DNA of 32,000 nt. Origin: Betaproteobacteria bacterium Ga0077527. Lineage in GTDB: Bacteria; Pseudomonadota; Gammaproteobacteria; Burkholderiales; SG8-41. The stretch spans positions 116,218-148,217 of the forward strand of contig LNDW01000021.1 of assembly GCA_001464815.1 (NCBI GenBank), read 5' to 3'. A program made the translations under genes and the position numbers. Below, piece by piece: positions 24,843 to 32,000 of the stretch; position 1 is the first letter of the stretch; each line of letters starts with the position of its first letter. The notes beneath the pieces were generated by a model. The model did no database searches. It was given only the letters and a program-made list of their open reading frames with translations, and had not been told where the DNA came from.

Positions 24843-25520
24843 TCAGCTTAGCGCCTTGACCAGCCACTGCCCGATGTCCGCGACTTCCTCGAGGCAGACC
24901 GAATGCTGCATCGGGTATTCATGCCATTCCAGCGTGTAGCCGGCCTGTTCCAGAATCCTGCGCGAGTTCTCGCCCATGGCATACGGCACCACCGGATCGT
25001 GGGTGCCGTGGGCCATGAATACCGGCGTCATCTTGTTCGCCGCACTGGCCTCGGCGGCAAAGCTGTCGGCGAGCGGCAGATAGGTCGAAAGCGCCATCAC
25101 GCCGGCGAGTTTTTCCGGATGGCGCAGGCCGGTGTGCAGCGCGATCGCGCCGCCCTGAGAGAATCCGGCAAGCACGATTTTCGCGGCGGCGATGCCGCGC
25201 GACTGCTCGCGGGTGATGAGTTCACCGATCTGTGCCTGCGATTCACGCACGCCCTTCTCGTCGGCGCGACGCGTCCTGCCTTCGAGATCGCCGAAGGAAA
25301 TGTCATACCAGGCGCGCATCACATAACCGTTGTTGATGGTCACCGGGCGTGTCGGCGCATGCGGAAACACGAAGCGGATGCCGGGCGCGCCGGCAAGGTC
25401 GAGTTCATTGACGATGGGCACGAAGTCATTGCCGTCGGCGCCGAGGCCGTGCATCCAGATCACGGCGGCGGTTGGGTTGCTGACGGTTTCGAGTTCGATG
25501 GTTTCGAGTTGTGTGGTCAT
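24843..25520 (-). CDS. Alpha/beta hydrolase, phospholipase/carboxylesterase family (Abhydrolase_2)
   Basis: It carries 'AAVIWMHGLGADGNDF', the nucleophile elbow 'LAGFSQGGAIAL', and 'HGTHDPVVP' and 'YPMQHSV' (Asp/His contexts). Length is 225 aa. Confidence 0.85.
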   Translation of the reverse strand: MTTQLETIELETVSNPTAAVIWMHGLGADGNDFVPIVNELDLAGAPGIRFVFPHAPTRPVTINNGYVMRAWYDISFGDLEGRTRRADEKGVRESQAQIGELITREQSRGIAAAKIVLAGFSQGGAIALHTGLRHPEKLAGVMALSTYLPLADSFAAEASAANKMTPVFMAHGTHDPVVPYAMGENSRRILEQAGYTLEWHEYPMQHSVCLEEVADIGQWLVKALS

Positions 25521-25545
25521 GGCAAGGGATTAAAAGTCAAAAGCT

Positions 25546-25677
25546 TTAGCCACAGAGGGCACAGAGAGCGCAGAGGTTTCTTTGGGTTTTGGCGTTTATT
25601 TCCTAGAGAGTCATTTTGCCGTAATCAGTCGATAACCCGGGGTTTTTCTCTGTGAACTCTGTGCCCTCTGTGGCTAA
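25546..25677. mobile_element. Miniature, cargo-less copy of the CACAGAG inverted-repeat element
   Basis: The left arm is 25546-25576 (TTAGCCACAGAGGGCACAGAGAGCGCAGAGG) and the right arm is 25644-25677 (TTTTCTCTGTGAACTCTGTGCCCTCTGTGGCTAA). The 21 outermost nt of the arms are perfectly complementary. The 67-bp core has no ORF longer than ATG-ACT-CTC-TAG on the minus strand. Confidence 0.55.
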
Positions 25678-26276
25678 GGGGTTGGTTTTTGTCTGATCGC
25701 TGATTTCGGCCGGAAGGCCTTGCACACGGCATCGTTGGTTTCGATGTACGGGCCGCCGATCAGGTCGATGCAATAGGGCACCGCGGCAAAAATGCCGTGC
25801 ACCAGCGGCTTGCCGGCTTCGTCCTTCAGGCCTTCCAGCGTTTCCTTGATTGCCTTGGGCTGGCCGGGCAGGTTGATGATCAGCGACTGCTTGCGGATCA
25901 CCGCCACCTGCCGCGACAGGATCGCGGTGGGCACGAATTTCAGGCTGACCTGGCGCATCTGCTCGCCGAAGCCGGGCATTTCCTTGTCGGCGACGGCGAG
26001 GGTGGCTTCCGGAGTGACATCGCGCAACGCGGGGCCGGTTCCGCCGGTGGTCAGCACCAGATGGCAACCTTCCTTGTCCACCAGTTCCTTCAGCGTGGCT
26101 TCAATCACCGGCCGTTCATCGGGGATCAGCCGGGTCACGGTGCGCAGCGGCGGATCGCTGATCGCCTGCTGCAGCCAGCTTTCGAGTGCGGGAATGCCTT
26201 CGTCCTTGTAGACACCGGCGGAGGCGCGGTCACTGATGGAGACCAGGCCGACGAGAATTTCTGGGGGGTTTGACAT
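25674..26276 (-). CDS. mog: Molybdopterin adenylyltransferase MogA
   Basis: It carries 'LVSISDRASAGVYKDEGIPAL', 'VLTTGGTGPALRDVTPEA' and a C-terminal 'AFRPKSA' as in E. coli MogA. The stop (CTA 25674-25676) lies inside the repeat arm. Confidence 0.9.
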   Translation of the reverse strand: MSNPPEILVGLVSISDRASAGVYKDEGIPALESWLQQAISDPPLRTVTRLIPDERPVIEATLKELVDKEGCHLVLTTGGTGPALRDVTPEATLAVADKEMPGFGEQMRQVSLKFVPTAILSRQVAVIRKQSLIINLPGQPKAIKETLEGLKDEAGKPLVHGIFAAVPYCIDLIGGPYIETNDAVCKAFRPKSAIRQKPTP

Positions 26277-26308
26277 GACGCAGATTATATCGGTGGCCGT
26301 TCGGACGA

Positions 26309-26336
26309 CCGTAAAGGGTTTACAGACCCTTTACGG
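26309..26336. other. Perfect 11-bp stem / 6-nt loop hairpin
   Basis: CCGTAAAGGGT (26309-26319), ttacag, ACCCTTTACGG (26326-26336). The right arm contains the stop codon of the yjgA reading frame (26331-26333). No U-run follows on either strand. Confidence 0.7.
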
Positions 26337-26915
26337 CTGAAACCTCCCCCCTCCCTCCGGGAGAGGGGTCGGGGGTGAGGGTGTATCTGTAACCAGTTTT
26401 CCCGCCGTGCGGCTGCGTTCCTCAACCAGCGCGCGGATCATCTGGAACAGCGCGCGGTAGTGTTTCGGCGGCTTGTTGCGGCTGCGTTCGTCGGCAACGT
26501 TGCGGATCAGCGTACGCAGCTGCTGGCTGTCGGCCTCGGGGTAGGTGGCGATGAATTCGGACACCGCCAGCGGCTCGGCGATCAGGCGGTCACGCCAGCG
26601 TTCGATGTGGTGCAGCTGCGCGGTGTGTTCGGCTGAGACTGAAAGAAAGGCATCAAGCCGGGCGCGGATCGGCGCCGGATCGACCTGGCGCATCAGCTTG
26701 CCGATGTACTGAAGCTGGCGCCGCCGCGCCTCGTTTCTTTTCATGCCCTGGGCCGCGATGATCGCATCGCGCAGGGTCTCGGGCAGTTCCACGCTTTCGA
26801 GTTGATGGGTGTTCAGTTCCACCAGCTCGGCGCCGATGCCCTGCAGGGCATCCATGTCGCGCTTGAGCTGGCTCTTGCTGGGTGGGTCATCGTAATCAGG
26901 AAGGTCTTGCGTCAT
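26331..26915 (-). CDS. yjgA: Ribosome-associated protein YjgA/DarP (DUF615)
   Basis: The supplied ORF was trimmed to the ATG at 26913-26915 ('MTQDLPDYDDPPSKSQLKRDMDALQGIGAELVEL'). It is divergent from pmbA, as in E. coli. The last 19 or so codons ('TDTPSPPTPLPEGGGRFQP') are encoded by the REP-like element. Confidence 0.8.
   Translation of the reverse strand: MTQDLPDYDDPPSKSQLKRDMDALQGIGAELVELNTHQLESVELPETLRDAIIAAQGMKRNEARRRQLQYIGKLMRQVDPAPIRARLDAFLSVSAEHTAQLHHIERWRDRLIAEPLAVSEFIATYPEADSQQLRTLIRNVADERSRNKPPKHYRALFQMIRALVEERSRTAGKLVTDTPSPPTPLPEGGGRFQP
26343..26383. repeat. GC-rich REP-like element (second copy)
   Basis: The sequence cctcccccCTCCCTCCGGGAGAGGGGtcGGGGGTGAGGGtg shares the GGGGTGAGGG core with 6593-6602. 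It lies inside the 3' end of the yjgA reading frame. Confidence 0.5.
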
Positions 26916-27033
26916 GAGGGGAAAATGGGGGGATTGAGAGCGGGAAATAGAGGAGTAACTGCTATGATAACGCCCTCGCACGGGCTCCGCGCCCCGCTTC
27001 ATTGCATGTAATGCTGTTTCTCCCCGGAAATCC

Positions 27034-28374
27034 ATGAGCAACCACCCGTTTTCGTACACCGACGACACGCTGAAACAACTGGTCAGCGATGCCCTGAAAC
27101 ATGCGCAGTCGCGCGGCGCCAGCGCCGCCGATGCCGAAGTGAGCGAGGGTTTCGGCCAGACCGTCACCGCGCGCCAGGGCGAAGTCGAAACCATCGAATA
27201 CAACCGCGACAAGGGCATTGGTGTCACCGTCTACATCGGCAAGCAGCGCGGCCATGCCTCCAGCTCCGACCTCAGCCCGCAGGCGCTGCGCGACACCGTT
27301 GATGCCGCGCTGGCGATTGCCCGCCACACCGCGATTGATGACTGCGCCGGCCTCGCCGATCCTGACATGCTGGCGCGCGAGTTTCCCGACCTCGACCTGA
27401 TCCACCCCTGGGACATGCCGGTGGAGCGCGCCATCGAAATGGCCAGGGCCTGCGAGGCGGCGGGTTTTGCCGCGGACAAGCGCGTCACCAATTCCGAAGG
27501 CGCGACGGTGTCGACGCAGCAGTCGCATTTCATCTACGGCAACACCCACGGTTTTCTCGCCGGTTATCCCAGCTCGCGGCACAGCATCTGGTGCGCGCTG
27601 GTGGCCGGCAAGGGCGACGCCATGCAGCGCGATGACTGGTATGAAACCGCGCGTGACCCCGCTGAACTGCCGGCGCCGGAATCGATAGGGCGCAAGGCCG
27701 GCGAACGTGCGGTGGCGCGGCTGAAGGCGCGCAAGGTCGCCACCACCCAGGTGCCGGTGCTTTATGAATCGGGTATTGCTTCCAGCCTGATGGGGCATTT
27801 TGTGTCGGCGGTTTCCGGCGGCAGCCTCTACCGCAAATCGACTTTTCTGCTCGACAGCCTCGGCAAGCCGGTGTTCGCGCCGATTGTGCAGATCGCCGAC
27901 CTGCCGCTGATTCCGAAGGCACTGGCCAGCGGCGCTTTCGACGAAGAGGGCGTGGCCACGCAGGCGCGCGACATCGTCAAGGATGGTGTGGTGCAGGGTT
28001 ATTTTCTGGCCAGCTACTCGGCGCGCAAACTCGGCATGAAAAGCACCGGCAATGCCGGCGGCAACCACAACCTGATCATGAAGGACACCGGCGATGATTT
28101 TGCCGCGCTGCTGAAAAAGATGAACCGCGGCCTGCTTGTTACCGAGCTGATGGGGCAGGGCGTCAATGCGGTGACCGGTGACTACTCGCGCGGTGCTGCG
28201 GGTTTCTGGGTGGAAGACGGTGTCATCACCTACCCGGTGCAGGAGATCACCATTGCCGGCAACCTGAAGGACATGTTCCGCAACATCATTGCCATCGGCA
28301 GCGATGTCTCGAAACGCAGCTCGCGGCAGTGCGGTTCGGTGCTGGTGGAGGGGTTGACCCTCGCAGGCGCATAA
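27034..28374 (+). CDS. pmbA: Metalloprotease PmbA (TldE)
   Basis: Length is 446 aa. It carries 'ADAEVSEGFGQTVTARQGEVETIEYNRDKGIGVTVY' and a C-terminal 'GDYSRGAAGFWVEDG...ITIAGNL', both typical of PmbA/TldD-fold proteins. It is adjacent to yjgA. Confidence 0.9.
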   Translation: MSNHPFSYTDDTLKQLVSDALKHAQSRGASAADAEVSEGFGQTVTARQGEVETIEYNRDKGIGVTVYIGKQRGHASSSDLSPQALRDTVDAALAIARHTAIDDCAGLADPDMLAREFPDLDLIHPWDMPVERAIEMARACEAAGFAADKRVTNSEGATVSTQQSHFIYGNTHGFLAGYPSSRHSIWCALVAGKGDAMQRDDWYETARDPAELPAPESIGRKAGERAVARLKARKVATTQVPVLYESGIASSLMGHFVSAVSGGSLYRKSTFLLDSLGKPVFAPIVQIADLPLIPKALASGAFDEEGVATQARDIVKDGVVQGYFLASYSARKLGMKSTGNAGGNHNLIMKDTGDDFAALLKKMNRGLLVTELMGQGVNAVTGDYSRGAAGFWVEDGVITYPVQEITIAGNLKDMFRNIIAIGSDVSKRSSRQCGSVLVEGLTLAGA

Positions 28375-28418
28375 AATAATCGTTTAAAAACAATTACTTA
28401 TGTAATACCGGAGGATTC

Positions 28419-29516
28419 ATGCAACGACGTGCGTTCCTGAAAAAAGCAGGTCTTGGCGTGGCCGCCGGCGCGGTTGCCGCACCGGCCATCGTGCAGGCGC
28501 AGCCGGTGATCCAGTGGCGGCTGGCTTCGAGCTTTCCGAAAAATCTCGACACGCTGTACGGCGCCGGCGAAATCCTCTCGCGCCGCGTCAGTGAAGCCAC
28601 TGACGGCAAATTCCAGATTCGCGTGTTCGCCGCCGGCGAAATCGTCCCCGGCCTGCAGGTGCTCGATGCCGTGCAGAACGGCACCGTGCAATGCGGCCAC
28701 ACCGCGCCGTACTACTACATCGGCAAGGATCCGGCCTTCGCCTTCGCCACTGCGCTGCCCTTCGGCCTCAATGCGCGCCAGCAGAATGCGTGGATGTATC
28801 ACGGCGGCGGCATGCAGGCCGTGGCCGAACTGTTCAAGGACTATGGTTGCGTGCAGTTCCCCACCGGCAACACCGGTGTGCAGATGGGCGGCTGGTACCG
28901 CAAGGAAATCAAGACCGTCGCTGACCTCAAGGGCCTGAAGATGCGTGTTGCCGGCCTTGCCGGCCAGGTGCTGGCGCGGCTGGGTGTGGTCGGCCAGCAG
29001 ATTGCCGGCGGCGAGCTTTACCAGGCACTTGAGCGCGGCACCATCGATGCCGCCGAGTGGGTCGGCCCCTATGACGATGAAAAACTCGGTCTGCAGAAAG
29101 TTGCCAAGTACTACTACTACCCCGGCTGGTGGGAGGGCGGCCCGCAGCTCTCGACCATCGTCAACATCAAGCAGTGGGAATCGCTGCCCAAGGCCTACAA
29201 GTCGGTGTTCGAATCCGCCTGCGCCGAAGCCAACATCAACATGCTCGCGCACTACGATGCAAAAAACCCGGAAGCCCTGAAAAAGCTGGTTTCCGGCGGC
29301 GCGCAACTGCGCCAGTTTCCGAAGCCGATCATGGAAGCCGCGCACAAGGCCGCTTTCGAGATCTACGACGGCATGGCCGCGAAAAGCGCGCACTTCAAGC
29401 GCATCTACGCGCAGTGGCTCAAGTTCCGCGCCGACCAGTTCCTGTGGTTCCGCGTCGCCGAGATGAGCTACGACAACTTCACCTTCACCGCGACGCGGCC
29501 GGCGGCGAAGAAGTAG
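28419..29516 (+). CDS. TRAP transporter substrate-binding protein (DctP-type, COG4663-like) with twin-arginine signal
   Basis: ATG at 28419 follows GGAGG. It has the Tat motif 'MQRRAFLKKAGLG', then 'WRLASSFPKNLDTLYG' and 'YYYYPGWWEGG', both characteristic of this TRAP solute-receptor subfamily. Confidence 0.85.
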   Translation: MQRRAFLKKAGLGVAAGAVAAPAIVQAQPVIQWRLASSFPKNLDTLYGAGEILSRRVSEATDGKFQIRVFAAGEIVPGLQVLDAVQNGTVQCGHTAPYYYIGKDPAFAFATALPFGLNARQQNAWMYHGGGMQAVAELFKDYGCVQFPTGNTGVQMGGWYRKEIKTVADLKGLKMRVAGLAGQVLARLGVVGQQIAGGELYQALERGTIDAAEWVGPYDDEKLGLQKVAKYYYYPGWWEGGPQLSTIVNIKQWESLPKAYKSVFESACAEANINMLAHYDAKNPEALKKLVSGGAQLRQFPKPIMEAAHKAAFEIYDGMAAKSAHFKRIYAQWLKFRADQFLWFRVAEMSYDNFTFTATRPAAKK

Positions 29517-29535
29517 CCATGAAATTGCAGTGCAG

Positions 29536-29574
29536 GGGCGGGGGCAGCATGGCTGAACCCGCCCTTTGTTTTTT
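29536..29574 (+). terminator. Rho-independent terminator after the TRAP binding-protein gene
   Basis: GGGCGGG (29536-29542) pairs with CCCGCCC (29558-29564), with an inner CAGC/GCTG pairing. TTTGTTTTTT follows. Confidence 0.75.
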
Positions 29575-29589
29575 AATACGGAGCATCCA

Positions 29590-30709
29590 CTGAACAACGC
29601 ACTGCCGATTCGCCTCACCCTCGCGCTGACGCTGTTCAACTTCACCGGCGCCAACGCGATGAAGGTGCTGCTCACGCTGTACGCGCTGGAGCTGGGCGCT
29701 TCAGCGACCGTGGTTGGCGTGCTCGGCGGTGCTGTCCTGGCCGATCGGCGCGCTGGCCGACCGCATGGCGGCGCGCGGGCTGCTCACCTTCGCCGCGGCC
29801 TGCGCCGCGGTGTCGCTGCTGATCATGTACCTCTGGCCGACGCTGACGGTGTTCTACATTGCCGCGGCGCTCAACGGCCTTGCGCTGTCCTTCTTTCACG
29901 TCACGCTGCAGAACCTGATCGGCACCCTGTCCAGTCCGGATGACCGCGCGCGCAATTTCGGCAACTTCAGCCTTGCCGGCGCCACCACCAGCTTTGCCGG
30001 GCCGCTGCTTGCCGGAGTTTCGATTGACCATGTCGGTTACGCCTGGGCCTGCCTGATCACCGGGGCAATGTCGCTGGTGGTGCTGGTGCTGCTCGCCACG
30101 CTGGGCCGCCACCTGCCGCCAGCGCGTCCGAAAGCCAAAACCGCAGACAAGGCGGGCATGGTGATTGACCGCCGCCTGCTGATCATGCTCGCCACCAGCA
30201 GCCTGGTGCAGCTGGGCTACGACCTGTTCCAGTTTTACGTGCCCATCCTCGGCCACAACCTCGGCCTTTCGGCCTCCGCCATCGGCGGCGTGCTCGCGAC
30301 ACTGGCCACCGCGGTGTTCATCGTGCGCATGTTCCTCGCGCGGCTGGTGGACCGTTACCCCGGCGAAAAACTGCTGATGGCGGTGTTCGCCACCGGCACG
30401 ATCGCCTTCGCGCTGCTGCCGCTTGCCGAAAGTGGCCCCACGCTCGCCGTGCTCGCCTTCCTGTTCGGGCTGGGCATGGGCATCGGCATCCCGCTGACGG
30501 TGATCCTGATGTATTCAGCTTCCGCCGAAGGCCGCTCCGGCCAGACCCTCGGCCTGCGCCTCACCGCCAACAACCTTGTGCGCATGAGCGGCCCGATGGT
30601 CTTTGGCGCAATCAGCGTGACGGTGGGGATATCGGGGGTGCTGTGGATTATTGCGGCGGTGATGGCGGCGGGTGGGGTTATGGCGAGGTGGCAGCGGTCA
30701 GTAAAGTAG
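29590..30709 (+). pseudogene. MFS transporter with disrupted reading frame (frameshift or short deletion near 29720-29735)
   Basis: TM1 and 'LYALELGASATVVGVLGG' read in the frame of 29566/29590. 'VLSWPIGALADRMAARG' and about 10 further TM segments read in the +1 frame (ORF 29714-30709). The start is unclear: CTG 29590 follows GGAG, and TTG 29566 sits inside the terminator T-tract. Confidence 0.5.
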
Positions 30710-30796
30710 GTCGGCCCTTTGTGTCGTGTGGGTATATTTAGTGCATGATGGTCGTTCATTAATGGTGCCAAAACAAACTAGTCCGTTACAGACTTT

Positions 30797-32000
30797 ATGC
30801 CATTAAATGCCTACTACTCAGCAGAAATATCGACCTTCATTGCGGAAAACAATGAAGGCATTCTTGGTCGGCTTGCAACTAACAGCACTTTTTCAGTTGA
30901 AACTGCACAACGAAACGCTTGGGTTGAGCAAATAGAAGTTCTAAAACACGCACTCAAGAGCTTCAGTGGTTGGGTTCTGATGGAATTCATTGTTCCTCGG
31001 ATTGGAAGTCGTATTGATGTTGTTCTATTGATTGACTCGATAGTATTTGTTGTCGAATTTAAGGTAGGTGAAGAACGAATAAATCGAGGCGACTTGAATC
31101 AGGTTTGGGACTATGCGCTGGACTTGAAGAATTTTCACCGGGGTAGCCATGGCGCGCAGATTATCCCGATATTAGTAGCCACAAATTTTCCGGGTTCTGA
31201 CTCAAGTATTGGAAATCCTTACCGAGACGATGTTTTTCCGCCGGTTCGTTGTAATGCATTTTCACTTGACCAAATTATTCGGAAGGCCGTAGAAAAATCC
31301 AGCGGCATTAGCATTGATCCCGTTAAATGGATTGAAGCCCCGTACCTTCCAACTCCTACAATTATCGAGGCTGCGCAGGTCCTCTATTCGCAGCACTCCG
31401 TTGACGCAATTGCGCGGCATGATGCGGGAGCTAGGAATCTAAAAATTACCTCACAAAGAATCGATGTTCTTGTTGAAAGGGCGAGGAGCGAGGGGCGAAA
31501 AGTAATCATTTTTGTTACAGGTGTTCCTGGTGCGGGAAAAACCCTTGTTGGTTTGAATGTGGCTACAAAAAAGCGTGATCCTAAGCAGCCAGCGCATGCG
31601 GTATTTTTGTCAGGGAATGGTCCACTTGTTGCTGTATTGCGGGAGGCTCTGACACGGGATGAGGTTGGTAGGCTTAGAAATCGCTCAGATAAAACCCGGA
31701 AAGGGGAGGTTGCGCAGAAAGTTAAAGCGTTTATCCAGAATGTGCACCATTTCCGCGATGACGGATTGCGGGGTGATGAGCCTCCAGCAGACCATGTGGT
31801 GATTTTTGACGAGGCGCAACGCGCTTGGAATCAAGAAATGACCTCGAGTTTTATGCGTACAAAGAAGGGTCGGTCAGATTTTGATCAATCTGAGCCCGAA
31901 TTTCTCATTTCCTATTTGGACAGGCACGATGATTGGGCGGTCGTTATTTGCCTTGTTGGTGGCGGTCAGGAAATCAATCGTGGAGAGGCGGGGATTTCAG
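30797..32000 (+). CDS. Fusion of a PD-(D/E)XK-like nuclease motif and a DUF2075 / Schlafen-group-3-like P-loop helicase; 3' end outside the window
   Basis: This ORF is not in the supplied track because it has no stop in the window. I translated it by hand from ATG 30797, which follows an in-frame TAG at 30779-30781. The N-terminus has 'GSRIDVVLLIDSIVFVVEFKVGE' (D...E-x-K). Walker A is 'VTGVPGAGKT' and Walker B is 'HVVIFDEAQRAW', followed by 'VVICLVGGGQEINRGE'. The segment is AT-richer than the rest of the window. Confidence 0.75.
   Translation, partial: MPLNAYYSAEISTFIAENNEGILGRLATNSTFSVETAQRNAWVEQIEVLKHALKSFSGWVLMEFIVPRIGSRIDVVLLIDSIVFVVEFKVGEERINRGDLNQVWDYALDLKNFHRGSHGAQIIPILVATNFPGSDSSIGNPYRDDVFPPVRCNAFSLDQIIRKAVEKSSGISIDPVKWIEAPYLPTPTIIEAAQVLYSQHSVDAIARHDAGARNLKITSQRIDVLVERARSEGRKVIIFVTGVPGAGKTLVGLNVATKKRDPKQPAHAVFLSGNGPLVAVLREALTRDEVGRLRNRSDKTRKGEVAQKVKAFIQNVHHFRDDGLRGDEPPADHVVIFDEAQRAWNQEMTSSFMRTKKGRSDFDQSEPEFLISYLDRHDDWAVVICLVGGGQEINRGEAGIS

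Noticed and set aside
26277-26300. A perfect TATAAT on the minus strand (complement of 26283-26288) 7 nt upstream of the mog ATG, suggesting a leaderless mog mRNA.
   Set aside because: There is no acceptable -35 element at 16-19 nt (best is ACGGTC). mog may simply be co-transcribed with yjgA. The signal is too weak to call without 5'-end data.
30710-30796. Search for a tRNA gene, integrase or direct repeat marking the island junction.
   Set aside because: I could find no tRNA-like T-arm or acceptor sequence and no repeat in the 87-bp junction. The boundary mechanism remains unknown, and the other end lies outside the window.

Overview
This is a high-GC window (about 60-65% by eye) that looks like chromosome from a betaproteobacterium, probably Burkholderiales or Rhodocyclales. 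No homology search was possible, so every family call rests on motifs I recognise in the supplied translations. Gene starts were re-picked by hand from ATG/GTG/TTG codons and Shine-Dalgarno context. Most of the window is a patchwork of small catabolic modules. These are MmgE/PrpD with an amidohydrolase-2, a D-tartrate-dehydratase-like enolase, an ornithine cyclodeaminase with a beta-hydroxyacid dehydrogenase, a ThDP enzyme, an amidase and a family III CoA-transferase. Five paralogous Bug/TctC-type periplasmic binding proteins are interspersed among them, with no TctA/TctB membrane genes. A housekeeping block (mog, yjgA, pmbA) lies at 25.6-28.4 kb. Five things deserve a second look. (1) A GxxExxY (PD-(D/E)XK-like) gene is enclosed by 34-nt inverted arms built from three tandem CACAGAG 9-mers. 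A 132-bp cargo-less miniature copy of the same arms lies 13 kb away. In both copies the outer arm supplies the stop codon of the neighbouring host gene. (2) GC content drops abruptly after 30710 into an AT-richer segment. It encodes a fusion of a PD-(D/E)XK-like nuclease motif and a DUF2075/Schlafen-type P-loop helicase, truncated by the window end, which makes it a candidate defence-island edge. (3) Three genes are translationally coupled: a 512-aa unknown with a PilZ-like C-terminus, a URO-D/MtaA-like protein and a GNAT. (4) An FkbM methyltransferase is paired with a 2OG-Fe(II)-oxygenase-like protein. (5) An AT-rich promoter, a roughly 280-nt structured leader and a 50-codon membrane-peptide ORF precede a UMF1-type MFS gene, and the ORF stop overlaps a TTG start of that gene. 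An MFS gene at 29.6-30.7 kb appears frame-disrupted. I found no rRNA, tRNA or CRISPR array.
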